Origin: Lingula anatina
Lineage: Eukaryota > Animalia > Brachiopoda
NCBI GenBank assembly: GCA_051362555.1
Contig: CM120646.1
Location: 24,212,142 to 24,276,141 of the forward strand
Length of the DNA: 64,000 nt
Direction: 5' to 3'
Made by a program: the position numbers and the translations under genes. Shown piece by piece: positions 1-12,400 of this stretch. Under the pieces are notes generated by a model. It did not search any database, was not told the origin of the DNA, and saw only the letters and a program-made list of their open reading frames with translations. Position 1 is the first letter of the stretch, and each line of letters opens with the position of its first letter.

Positions 1-576
1 AAAAATTTAAATTGGGGTGCTATACATGTGCAATAACATTCCTATCTGGGGTAAAAGACCCATTGGATGGTAATGTTTATCCTTAAATCAAATGTTTATA
101 ACAGTTTTAGAGAGTGAATCTGCATCTCTTCATGATTTCATAACTATTTAAAATAATACCAACATTAGAAACAAAGTATTGAAATTTCAATTGTTCACAT
201 CTAGAAATGTCCACTTTTTCTTATATCTCTGAAAAATAAAAGTTTTTTTTTTCTCATTTGCCCCAACCAAAAGTTTGATAAGTTGGAAATTATCAAAAAA
301 GTGATCATAATGACAATAATAAATTATTGAAAAGAGCCAGAAAACAAAGACCTTCTAAACTATAAATAAAGTTGCAGTATTGTTTTGGGGTTTCTGCAAG
401 TAGTAAATGGTGTTACTATGCACCATTTTCTTGTGTACTGCCATAGATAATTATATACCTGTACACTGTACAGGGATACTACACATGGTATAACATGTGT
501 GGATCAACTGCCATGTCCATATATACAGATCTGACTTTCTGTTCAAGGTCAAGGTCAGTTTTAAGGTAAGGTATAT

Positions 577-1013
577 TTATCCAGTCTCCTCAGTAGCTGC
601 GTCTGCTGGTGTTTCTTCTGTTGGTTGCTGTTCTGCTGCTGTTTCTTCTGCTGGTTGTTGTTCTGCTGGTTGTTCTTCTGCTGGTGCTACATCTGCTGGA
701 GGTTGTTCTTCTGTAGCTTTTTCACCCTCCTCAGCAGCTGTCTCTGATGTTTTCTTTGTGGCAACTTCTTTTCTTGCCTGCATGCCACGGAATCCAGCTT
801 GAATTTTAGTTGCAGCTTTTCCGACCTCTGGGTCATTTAAGTCAATGTCAATTTCTTCTTCTTCCTCTGGCTTCTTCTCACCTTCAGCAGGTTTCTCACC
901 CTCTGTTGGACCTTCACCTTGACCTTCACCCTGACCTTCACCTTCAGTGGTCTGGGAAGTATCTGGTTCAGACTCTTTCTTCATGGCAGCAACCTCTTTT
1001 CTGGCCTTAAGTC
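577..1013 (-). CDS. SPA17: SPA17-like last coding exon (IQ plus E/A/P/Q-rich tail)
   Basis: GLKARKEV...IDIDLNDPEVGKAATKIQAGFRGMQARKEV...EETG*; acceptor ttttag|. Confidence 0.9.
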
Positions 1014-4000
1014 CTAAAAGATACATACAAAAAAATCCACAATTAAAATAATGTATATAAATAGAGATACACAAACAAGATGCAAAAAGAAGAACACAAT
1101 GTATATTTAGTACACTAACACAATCAACACATCAGAAGCACAAACACAGCCCAACACATATACACAAATTACATCAAACTACCTTTAAAACCAGCCTGAA
1201 TTTTAGTTGCAGCTTTTTCCACTTCAGGATCTTCCAGATCAATATCAATTTCTTCCTCCTCTTCTTTCTTCTCCTCTGCAGGAGGTGCTTCTGTGTCAGC
1301 AGGTGTCGCCTCTGCCTCTGCAGTTGGTGTCGCCCCAGAAGAAGGTGCTCCTGCTTCAGACTTCTTAGCTTCAACTTCCTTTCGTGCCTTAAATCCCTGA
1401 TAATTAAAAAAAAAGTTTGCTCAAAATTAAATCTTCCAAAAAACATTTTCACGAAAAAGAAGGAAATGTTTAATACAAATAACAGCATGCGGTGAACAAC
1501 AGTGCTAAAGAGTACATTGCTGTAAACTATGGTGCTGTAGACTACGGTGCCAAAAACTATGGTGCTGTAGACTACGGTGCCAAAAACTATGGTGCTGTAG
1601 ACTACGGTGCCAAAAACTATGGTGCTGTAGACTACGGTGCCATAAACTATGGTGCTGTAGACCACGGTGCCATAAACTATGGTGCTGAAGACTACGGTGC
1701 CATAAACTATGGTGCTGTAGACTATGGTGCCATTAACTATGGTGCTGTAGACTATGGTGCCATAAACTATGGTGCTGTTAACTATGGTGCCATAAACTAT
1801 GGTGCTGTAGACTACGGTGCCATAAACTATGGTGCTGTTAACTATGGTGCCATAAACTATGGTGCTGTAGATTATAGTGCCATTAACTATGGTGCTGTTA
1901 ATTATGGTGCCATTAACTATGGTGTTGTTAATTATAGTGCCATAAACTATGGTGCTGTAGATTATAGTGCCATTAACTATGGTGCTGTTAATTATGGTGC
2001 CATTAACTATGGTGCTGTAGATTATGGTGCCATAAACTATGGTGCTGTAGACTTTTTTGCCAAAAACTATGGTACTGTATACTATGGTAGAAGAATAGTG
2101 GGGTAGTGTAGAATAAATTTAGAGCAGAAAAGTCTACAGGTAGAGCAGAATAATGTGAATTATAGTAAATAGACAAGAATTAGAGTAGAAAAGACAAAAA
2201 ATAGTACAAGAATACTGGAGGAAGCTGAGAGCAGCTGAAGTGAGAAAATGATAGTAGTGACAGCAGTAGTGTAGATAACAGAGTGGTCAACTAGAGATAA
2301 AAGTACAGTACAAGAAGACTGGAGAAAACTGAGAGAAGCTAAAGTTAAATGACAGTAGTGACAGCAGTAGTGTAGATAACAGAGTGGTAAACTAGAGATA
2401 AAAGTACAGTACAAGAAGACTGGAGAAAACTGAGAGAAGCTAAAGTGAAATGACAGTAGTGACAGCAGTAGTGTAGATAACAGAGTGGTAAACTAGAGAT
2501 AAAAGTACAGTACAAGAAGACTGGAGAAAACTGAGAGAAGCTAAAGTGAAATGACAGTAGTGACAGCAGTAGTGTAGATAACAGAGTGGTAAACTAGAGA
2601 TAAAAGTACAGTACAAGAAGACTGGAGAAAACTGAGAGAAGCTAAAGTTAAATGACAGTAGTGACAGCAGTAGTGTAGATAACAGAGTGGTAAACTAGAG
2701 ATAAAAGTACAGTACAAGAAGACTGGAGAAAACTGAGAGAAGCTAAAGTTAAATGACAGTAGTGACAGCAGTAGTGTAGATAACAGAGTGGTAAACTAGA
2801 GATAAAAGTACAGTACAAGAAGACTGGAGAAAACTGAGAGAAGCTAAAGTTAAATGACAGTAGTGACAGCAGTAGTGTAGATAACAGAGTGGTAAACTAG
2901 AGATAAAAGTACAGTACAAGAAGACTGGAGAAAACTGAGAGAAGCTAAAGTGAAATGACAGTAGTGACAGCAGTAGTGTAGATAACAGAGTGGTCAACTA
3001 GAGATAAAAGTACAGTACAAGAAGACTGGAGAAAACTGAGAGAAGCTAAAGTGAGGAGATGACAGTAGTGACAGCAGTAGTGTAGATAACAGTGTGGTCA
3101 ACTAGAGATAAAAGTACAGTACAAGAAGACTGGAGAAAACTGAAAGAAGGTAAAGTGAAATGACAGTAGTGACAGCAGTAGTGTAGATAACAGAGTGGTC
3201 AACTAGAGATTAAAGTACAGTACAAGAAGACTGGAGAAAACTAAGAGAAGCTAAAGTGAAATGACAGTAGTGACAGCAGTAGTGCAGTTAACAGAGTGGT
3301 CAACTAGAGATAAAAGTACAGTACAAGAAGACTGGAGAAAACTGAAAGAAGGTAAAGTGAAATGACAGTAGTGACAGCAGTAGTGTAGATAACAGAGTGG
3401 TCTACTAGAGATAAAAGTACAGTACAAGAAGACTGGAGAAAACTGAAAGAAGCTAAAGTGAAATGACAGTAGTGACAGCAGTAGTGTAGATAACAGAGTG
3501 GTCTACTAGAGATAAAAGTACAGTACAAGAAGACTGGAGAAAACTGAAAGAAGCTAAAGTGAAATGACAGTAGTGACAGCAGTAGTGTAGATAACAGAGT
3601 GGTCAACTAGAGATAAAAGTACAGTACAAGAAGACTGGAGAAAACTGAGAGAAGCTAAAGTGAAATGACAGTAGTGACAGCAGTAGTGTAGATAACAGAG
3701 TGGTCAACTAGAGATAAAAGTACAGTACAAGAAGACTGGAGAAAACTGAGAGAAGCTAAAGTGAAATGACAGTAGTGACAGCAGTAGTGTAGATAACAGA
3801 GTGGTCAACTAGAGATAAAAGTACAGTACAAGAAGACTGGAGAAAACTGAGAGAAGCTAAAGTGAGGAGATGACAGTAGTGACAGCAGCAGTTCCCACCT
3901 TGAACCCTGCCTGGATCTTAGTGGCTGCTTTCTCCACTTCAGGGTCATTCAGATCTATATCTATCTCTTCTTTTTCTTCTGTTTTAGCAGCAGGCTCAGG

Positions 4001-6440
4001 CTCCTTAAGTGCCTCTGTGGCAGCTGCCTCTGCTTTTTCCTCCTAGAAATAGTGATGATACCTATGTCTCAGAATACATGATATGAGTTGTATAGAGAGG
4101 TGTAAATATTGATGATATCTATGTCTAAGAATACATGATATGAGTTGTATGGAGAGGTGTAAATATTAATGATATCTATGTCTCAGAATACACGATATGA
4201 GTTGTATGGAGAGGTGTAAATATTGATGATATCTATGTCTCAGAATACATGATATGAGTTGTATGGAGAGGTGTAAATATTGATGATATCTATGTCTCAG
4301 AATACATGATATGAGTTGTATGGAGAGGTGTAAATATTGATGATATCTATGTCTCAGAATACACGATATGAGTTGTATGGAGAGGTGTAAATATTGATGA
4401 TATCTATGTCTCAGAATACATGATATGAGTTGTAAAGTGAGATGTAAATATTGATGATATCTATGTCTCAGAATACATGATATGAGTTGTATGGAGAGGT
4501 GTAAATATTGATGATATCTATGTCTCAGAATACATGATATGAGTTGTATGGAGAGGTGTAAATATTGATGATATCTATGTCTCAGAATACATGACATCAG
4601 TTGTATGGAGAGGTGTAAATACTGTACTAAGAACTGTTAAGGGAAATAATGGTAGATTGTAAACAACAATATATTCATCAGTAAAAAAAAAGTCTGTCTC
4701 TAGTCATCAAGCTTGGCTATCTTGTTTTCAGTTCTTCAAATTCACTCATATCACACATTAATCACATTACACTTTTTCAAGAAACCTAAGACTCTTGAAA
4801 ATCACCCTACACATGTATGGTGAAAATAATTCAACAAATAACTGAAAAGTTTAGTCAAAAAGGTATAGTGTAATTTTTCTAGTTCCCCCACACCCTGTAT
4901 TGTATGTGATTTTTTTACTGTCCTTTCAGTTCTACCCCCTCTGTGTGAACAATTTTCCTGGAATAAACTATTAAATGCCTGCTATAATATAATATAATAT
5001 AATATAATATAATATAATATAATATAATATAATATAATATAATATAATATAATATAATATAATGAGATGCAGTGTGCCAACAAGATAAATGCCGTGCAAT
5101 GTGTTTGCCACTCACTGAAAAACATTGAGATGTCAACAATTATATATCAGCAAACAATTGTGTACATAATGAAAAACCCTGAGAGAAAACATCTGAAGCC
5201 ATATTTGCTTAGCTCATACACATGGATACTTTCCTATTAAACCCCATGCAGAGAGAATACATTGCTACATCCTCCAAACTATAACAGGGATATCCAGGTA
5301 GAATACAGATAAAGCGCCTAACAATGGATATCTAAATGTATCCAGTAATATAATGTTCTATTGCCGACAGCTACAGATAGTTTATCAGCACATGATCTAC
5401 TAGTACCACTATAGCGTATGTTCAGAAGCTTGCAAAATGTCAATAAAGCAGCCCAAGACTAGTAAGACAAGTAAAAAAAAAGGTATTCTTTCCCACCCAA
5501 CATGTCAACTTGATGATGAAAGTTTACTAACTGCAAATACATTTCAATTAAAAAATAAATACACTTAAAATTCAGAATTAGTACATTATCCATACTTAAT
5601 GCTGGACAACTAGCAAAATTGGTATATGAAAGCATTGCAGATGACCAGATGGGACGTATGGTAATAGATTACGTAGCAGTCACTACAAGGAGCAGAAGCT
5701 AAGCAGCATGGAACCAGACTAGGTTCTACCATTTTAAAGGGATATTAAAGGCAACTTCTTACACCAGATTTTATTTCTTTGACTCGTTTTCTATCTCTCA
5801 TTCCTCGGAAACCTGCTTGGATTTTACACGCAGCTGCTTCCTTGGTTTCCTGCCAGGAAATGAAAAAGTAAGTTAACCATAATCTCCACCAAAGATTGAT
5901 CTCTAATGAATTACATGGGATTATAGTCTCATTAAATAAAAACACAGTTATTATTATTATTATTATTATTTTAAATAAAAGTAGGATATTTTGCTTAGAG
6001 CTGCATAGTAGTTTTAAGGTAAACTACCAATGGCAAGTTTTAAAATGTCCAAAAGTCACAATTTGTATATGTGCATATCTTGCAAAGACATTTAATCTCT
6101 CCCAAATAACACCTTACAAAAGATAAACTACCCTCAAATTAAAGTACCGATTGTCCAGGAAATCACATCAGAACGATGTGAAAGAGATTCACAAATCAGA
6201 AGCATGCTAAGTGAAGATTGGAGACCACTCTCCATAGAATTTTCACAACAGCACAAGATGCAGATCTCTTGTTTCCAAGGGAGACATGCTTTCACTTTCT
6301 TCACAAAAATTACTGATAACTGTATGGCACACGCATTTGCCTTATGAAGGCAGCACAGCATTTAATGCATGTAAATCACTTCGACAAGTTACTTATAAAT
6401 CTCATATAAAGTCCACATACAGAGGGATAAATCACTCAGT

Positions 6441-6492
<52 letters not shown>

Positions 6493-9400
6493 GGAGGTTC
6501 AAACTTCACTTTTTCAAAATTCTGGTGATAATTATGACTTATTTATCTGTTCCTCCAGTTTATAAAAGTCTGCCAAATGATGTAGTAATGTATGCATATT
6601 ACTGCTGCAGGTGTAACAGCATATTTACATATTATTTATCAGGAAATATAAAAGGATGAGCTTTGGTTTTGTTATTTGAAATTACATGGTAGTATTCGGT
6701 TGGGATAAGTGGCAATGATTTGACATGCTAACTCACTTTAAATGCAGTTTTTAAACACTTTAAATACATACTGTTTTATTATCTGTTTGACTTGGTTCTC
6801 AAAGCTCATGTGTAATCAAAACCAATGCATTTCCTTAATAAACAAGGCTATGTGCTTATGTTAACATATTGACCTGTCCAATGCTTTAATGTAAAACATG
6901 ATATAAAGATTAAATAATAGTAAGACAGGGAAGTTATGTTAATATGTGAAATGCCAACAAGAAGGTTTAAAAAGACCAAGGCATCACAATTCAATTGGTC
7001 ATTTTAAAGGATTGTTAACATGGTATCATATATTGCACAACATAACACTGAACAGCAAGGAGTAAGAGAGAGAAAATATGGGATAAATAGAAGCAAATAT
7101 ACACTAAGGTTGAAAACTAAATCCTAATGATAGAACACAAATATGACAGCTGTGTCAAAAGTGGATCCAATTAAACACCAACTCTTGGGATGAAATACAA
7201 ATGCTTTGGTTGAGACAAACAGCACACCATGAGACAAATGTTTGAGATCAGGAACCATGTCCCAGGGATAACATACATGCTCTGGTTGAAATACCCACTG
7301 AATAAAACAGACTTCAGATGAAACAAACACTTTGAAAAGTGCGGTAGGTGAGACACAAATGTGTTGTTGGGTGAGACAGACCTTGATGACCTTGACCTTC
7401 TGTCTGGCATGCATGCCTCTGAATCCTGCTTGGATCTTTGTGGCAGCATGGCTTTCTGCTGCCTATGTAAATGACAACACCTGCTTTCATCTGATTGAAA
7501 ATTGTTACAAAATACTTTCCACAAAATCCTATAATTCTGATTATTATATTGCCAAAATTGTGTGAAAAAGACTGAATTCATCAAAACAGTCCATTCACCT
7601 TCAAAAAAGGTATAGGAGAATTAAGATTTAAATTAAAAGCATATTAAAAAATTTATCATCATTACTATCAGAGAAACCTTTATACTAGATATTATAATAA
7701 GGCAAAGTGAAATGAGATTAAAATATCACAATATAACCAGATCAATAAGAAATGTTCTTAAGATGTAGCAATATTTCATTGCATCTAAAGAATAAAATGA
7801 CATCATAATTTGTACCACCAAATATAAAAAACACACCTTCATTTTCTTCACTTCCTTTCTGGCCTTCATGCCTCGAAAACCAGCCTCAATTTTTGTAGCT
7901 GCTTTTGACTCCACCTCCTGCATAGAATATCATATGATATGCTCTACCATAACCCATCATATTACACTATAAACTATGTAATCGTTTAGTTCTTTTAAAA
8001 GATGATAAAATGTTATTTTTTATGAAAAATATATATAAAGTTTAGTTGGAACTGTTTCAGATATTCAATATCATTCAATATAAGACAAAATGAAACTATA
8101 GAACTTTAGGGAGGGGGTACATAACAAGGATAATATTTTGACTTTAAGCAGTATTACCCTGCCATCAAAATATCCTGGAATTAATTCCATTTGAAATACC
8201 CAAACAATTCCGGGGGCAGAGTGGAAAATGCACACGAGAAACAACATTCTGTCACACAAAAGGACAACAAGCAGAATTACCTTCTTTATCCACTTCATTG
8301 TCAAATACATATGATGTGAAATACCATTTTCATGCTTTTTCACGATAGGAAAAGGATTTAAATCCACTTTATACATAATCACATGCAAAGTGGTAATTTC
8401 GAACAATGACAGATTACTGACCTCTCAAGGATGTAGATGAAAAGGAATCTCAAGAAAATAAGCCTTTGTAAAACTAGTAAAATGCATACTTCAGTATTTA
8501 ATAACCCAGGACAGCACTGGCTGAGCCAAGTCCCATGCTATCAATATGTCAGGTGAGATATTTAATAACCCAGGACCACACTGGGTGAGCTAAGTCCCAT
8601 GCTATCAATGTGTCAGGTGAGATATTTAATAACCCAGGACCACACTGGGTGAGCTAAGTCCCATGCTATCAATGTGTCAGGTGAGATAATTAATAACAAA
8701 GGACCACACTGGGTGAGCTAAGTCCCATGCTATCAATGTGTCAGGTGAGATATTTAATAACCCAGGACCACACTGGGTGAGCTAAGTCCCATGCTATCAA
8801 TATGTCAGGTGAGATATTTAATAACCCAGAACCACACTGGGTGAGCTAAGTCCCATGCTATCAATGTGTCAGGTGAGATATTTAATAACCCAGGACCACA
8901 CTGGGTGAGCTAAGTCCCATGCTATCAATGTGTCAGGTGAGACAGACCTTCATAACCTGGACCTGGTGCCTGACATGCATGCCACGGAATCCTGCCTGGA
9001 TCTTGGTTGCTGCTTCAACCTCTCTTTCCTATTGTATGAATGTTTAACAAGTCACCTGATATTATGCATGTACATATAAATTATAATAAGTTAATAAGAA
9101 GCAAGCTAGATATACTTTCAATCAGAAATCCATGTTTAAGTGTTCAAATACATTATGCTGAGAACTATTTTTCTGTATTTAATAGATATTTTGCCAGTTG
9201 GAAGATAAAATGTGGCAAAGTGAACAAATGTTTCAGACAACCATCATTATTTACTCCACAATTCCTGTGATATCAATGGTAGCACACATAACTGTAGTTA
9301 TTAGTTATAACATTAATGACCAGTTCTGAAAAGAGAATGCTAGAAACCTGCATCTGTCAATATTTTTCAGCCATTCTGTGGAATTATAGTGCTGTGAAAG

Positions 9401-12400
9401 AACACAATATGCACAAGTCTGTGAAGAATGCTTAACAACCATAAGATACCACTTTTGTGTTAACTGAACAGTGCACAGTGCTTATAGTAACCCAAATAGC
9501 AACCTTACCCTGCAGACAAAAATATTCTTAGAACCATGTGTGCAATGACATTCCAATATTTGGGTGTACAATTAAGACTTCAAATTGGATCATTTAAATC
9601 AATAAAAATGTTGGTAAGCTGATATTAATTTTAAACCACAGATTACAGGTTATCTGTAGTCAATCATGTAATTCCCACCTAACAATAGTCTGCTTAATGT
9701 ATCTCAGTAGGTGTAAAAACAAACCTTCATATGCCGGACATCTCTTCTGGCCTTCATTCCCCTAAAGCCTGCTTCTATTTTTGTAGCTGCTTCTGTTTCT
9801 ACTTCCTGTGATTATATCAAATCAGATAAGAGAACAGTATATATTTAAATAAAGAGGCTTTAGGTTGTGCCTCTGTATTTAATTAAGGCTTTCTTCTGAT
9901 ATATTTATACTTGGAATTTCACTCAAATCTCCTGAAAGTTTTATATGTAACATTAGTCAAATTTTCACACCTTTTTATGTTTGATTTCTTCTCTGGCTTT
10001 CATACCACGATAAGCTGCTTCAATTTTTGTGGCTGCTTCTGTCTCTACCATCTGTGATTGCAAACAGTAAATATCTTTTGCATCAAAACCTTTGTCTTCT
10101 ACTCACACAAAAAGTGGGTTAAAATTCTTGAAAAATGACAGTTTCTACCATTTAACTCTTATATTACAGTAGACTCTCTTTTTACTTTCTACTTATAAAT
10201 AAAATTATTTTGTATAATTTCTGTTGTATTTTAAAATCCTTCTGTGTTTGAATTATTTTCTTGCCTTCATACAAAGATACCCAGTATTTATTGTTATATA
10301 TAGTTCCTGCATCTGACTATTTTATAGTGAGTGATGGAAAGTAAATGTAATCTCATTCATTATAAAGGATATTGGTGAAAATAAATGACAGAACCTATCA
10401 GTGAAGAAATCTAAAAAGATAAGTATTTGTATCTCTTACTTTTCAGAATTTAATACAACCTTTCATAATGTGCACAAGAAGACTGTTACAAATAAACTCA
10501 AATTCATTTTTTTTCTAACCTTTTTATGCTTAACTTCTTTTCTGGCATGCATTCCACGGAATGCTGCTTCAATTTTAATGGCAGCTTCTGTTTCTACTTC
10601 CTATGATGACAAACAAGATATTAGAGACTGACTACACAGAATCATTCAAGTAGTTTATCAGTAAACCAAAATATCATTCTTTGCATCAATACTTTTTTTT
10701 TCTTTAAAATCTCAATCTTAATCCTATCTCATTTATTTCAAACATGCCCCAAGTATTAGACAGTTTCTCAAACCTTCTTTAGTTTAACTTCTTTTCTGGC
10801 ATGCATTCCACGGAATGCTGCTTCAATTTTAGTGGCAGCTTCTGTTTCTACTTCCTAGAATAACAGACTTATGCAATGAGAGACAGAATAGTTAGAATCA
10901 TTCAGGAAATTTATAACTTATCCAAAATATCCTTTTTTTGCATCAATATATAATTCTTTCATAAATGCTTTTTTCTTTAAGACCTAAATCCTATTTCTTT
11001 TATTTCAAACATGCCTCATGTATAAGACAGTTTCTCAAACCTTCTTTAGTTTAACTTCTTTTCTGGCATGCATTCCACGGAATGCTGCTTCAATTTTAAT
11101 GGCAGCTTCTGTTTCTACTTCCTATGATGACAAACAAGATATTAGATACTGACTACACAGAATCATTCAAGTAGTTTATCAGTAAACCAAAATATCATTC
11201 TTTGCATCAATACTTTTTTTTTCTTTAAAATCTCAATCTTAATCCTATCTCATTTATTTCAAACATGCCCCAAGTATTAGACAGTTTCTCAAACCTTCTT
11301 TAGTTTAACTTCTTTTCTGGCATGCATTCCACGGAATGCTGCTTCAATTTTAGTGGCAGCTTCTGTTTCTACTTCCTAGAATAACAGACTTATGCAATGA
11401 GAGACAGAATAGTTAGAATCATTCAGGAAATTTATCACTTAACCAAAATATCCTTTTTTTTTGCATCAATATATAATTTTTTTGTAAATGCTTTTTTCTT
11501 TAAGAGCTAAATCCTATATCATCAATTTCAAATGTAGCAGAAGTTTTAGAGAGCTTCTCAAACCTTCTTATGTTTGACTTCTTTTCTGGCTTTCATACCA
11601 CGAAAACCTGCCTCAATTTTTGTTGCAGCTTCTGTTTTAACAGCCTGGGATAATAAAAGGTGTTTCATATATTTATCAAGTTCATGCTAGTTAAATCAGT
11701 GGAATTTAGATTTGATTGCCATAATAAGGCAAAGGAAAATAGATTTAAAGACTACCATGTAAAAAATAATATATTAAAGTATTTTTTACTTGCTACTATA
11801 TAAGTTAATCTTCTTAATAAAAATACAAATTGAAAGTAAATCTTGAATAATGAGTGATGGAATATTTTGTGGATGTTTTCATTACAAGTAACTGTTACAT
11901 TGACAAGGTGCATATACCTGTTCATTTAACATGCAGTTGCATCTCATAACATTTAAAATACCAAGTCACACTGACTGAAAATACATTGTAGTTAATTAAT
12001 TACCAGTATCAGAATTAATCTTGTTATATTGTCATACCAAGATGACCTTTCAGCAAGTCTTTATCAATAACATAACTTGTTTTATTGGCTCTTTATTATT
12101 TTTCTATGTATCAAAATGATCCATATAAAATCTCAATGTCATTTGCAAACCATCCGCATGCTTACACTGTGATGTCATTCTAAAACTTATCATTTCAAAT
12201 TTAGGCATACTTCAATTAAACTCACAACCAAGCCATAAACAAATCTTAATACCATGCTCAAGACATGGAAAATTCATCCACCAAAGGCCATTCAGTTTAA
12301 AGCTTTTTCCACTCATTATGTTCCAATATACACCTAAAGCAATAGGGATTTTGGTGAAAGGTACCAAAACAAAACATATTGACAACGAACTGTAATGCAT

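Larger units (their letters stand above)
10520..11561. repeat. 521-bp tandem duplication, each unit carrying two IQ exons
   Basis: Exon starts 10600/11121 and 10854/11375 are each 521 bp apart, with near-identical introns. Confidence 0.9.

Noticed and set aside
1492-2106. 204-aa ORF of (NYGAV/DYGAI)n and its antisense partner
   Set aside because: Translation of a 15-bp intronic minisatellite with a GTG start. The open frame follows from a unit length divisible by 3, and there is no splice context.
4670-4899. CACCCTG-TA end suggesting a Tc1/mariner terminal repeat
   Set aside because: No matching opposite end or transposase remnant could be found by eye.
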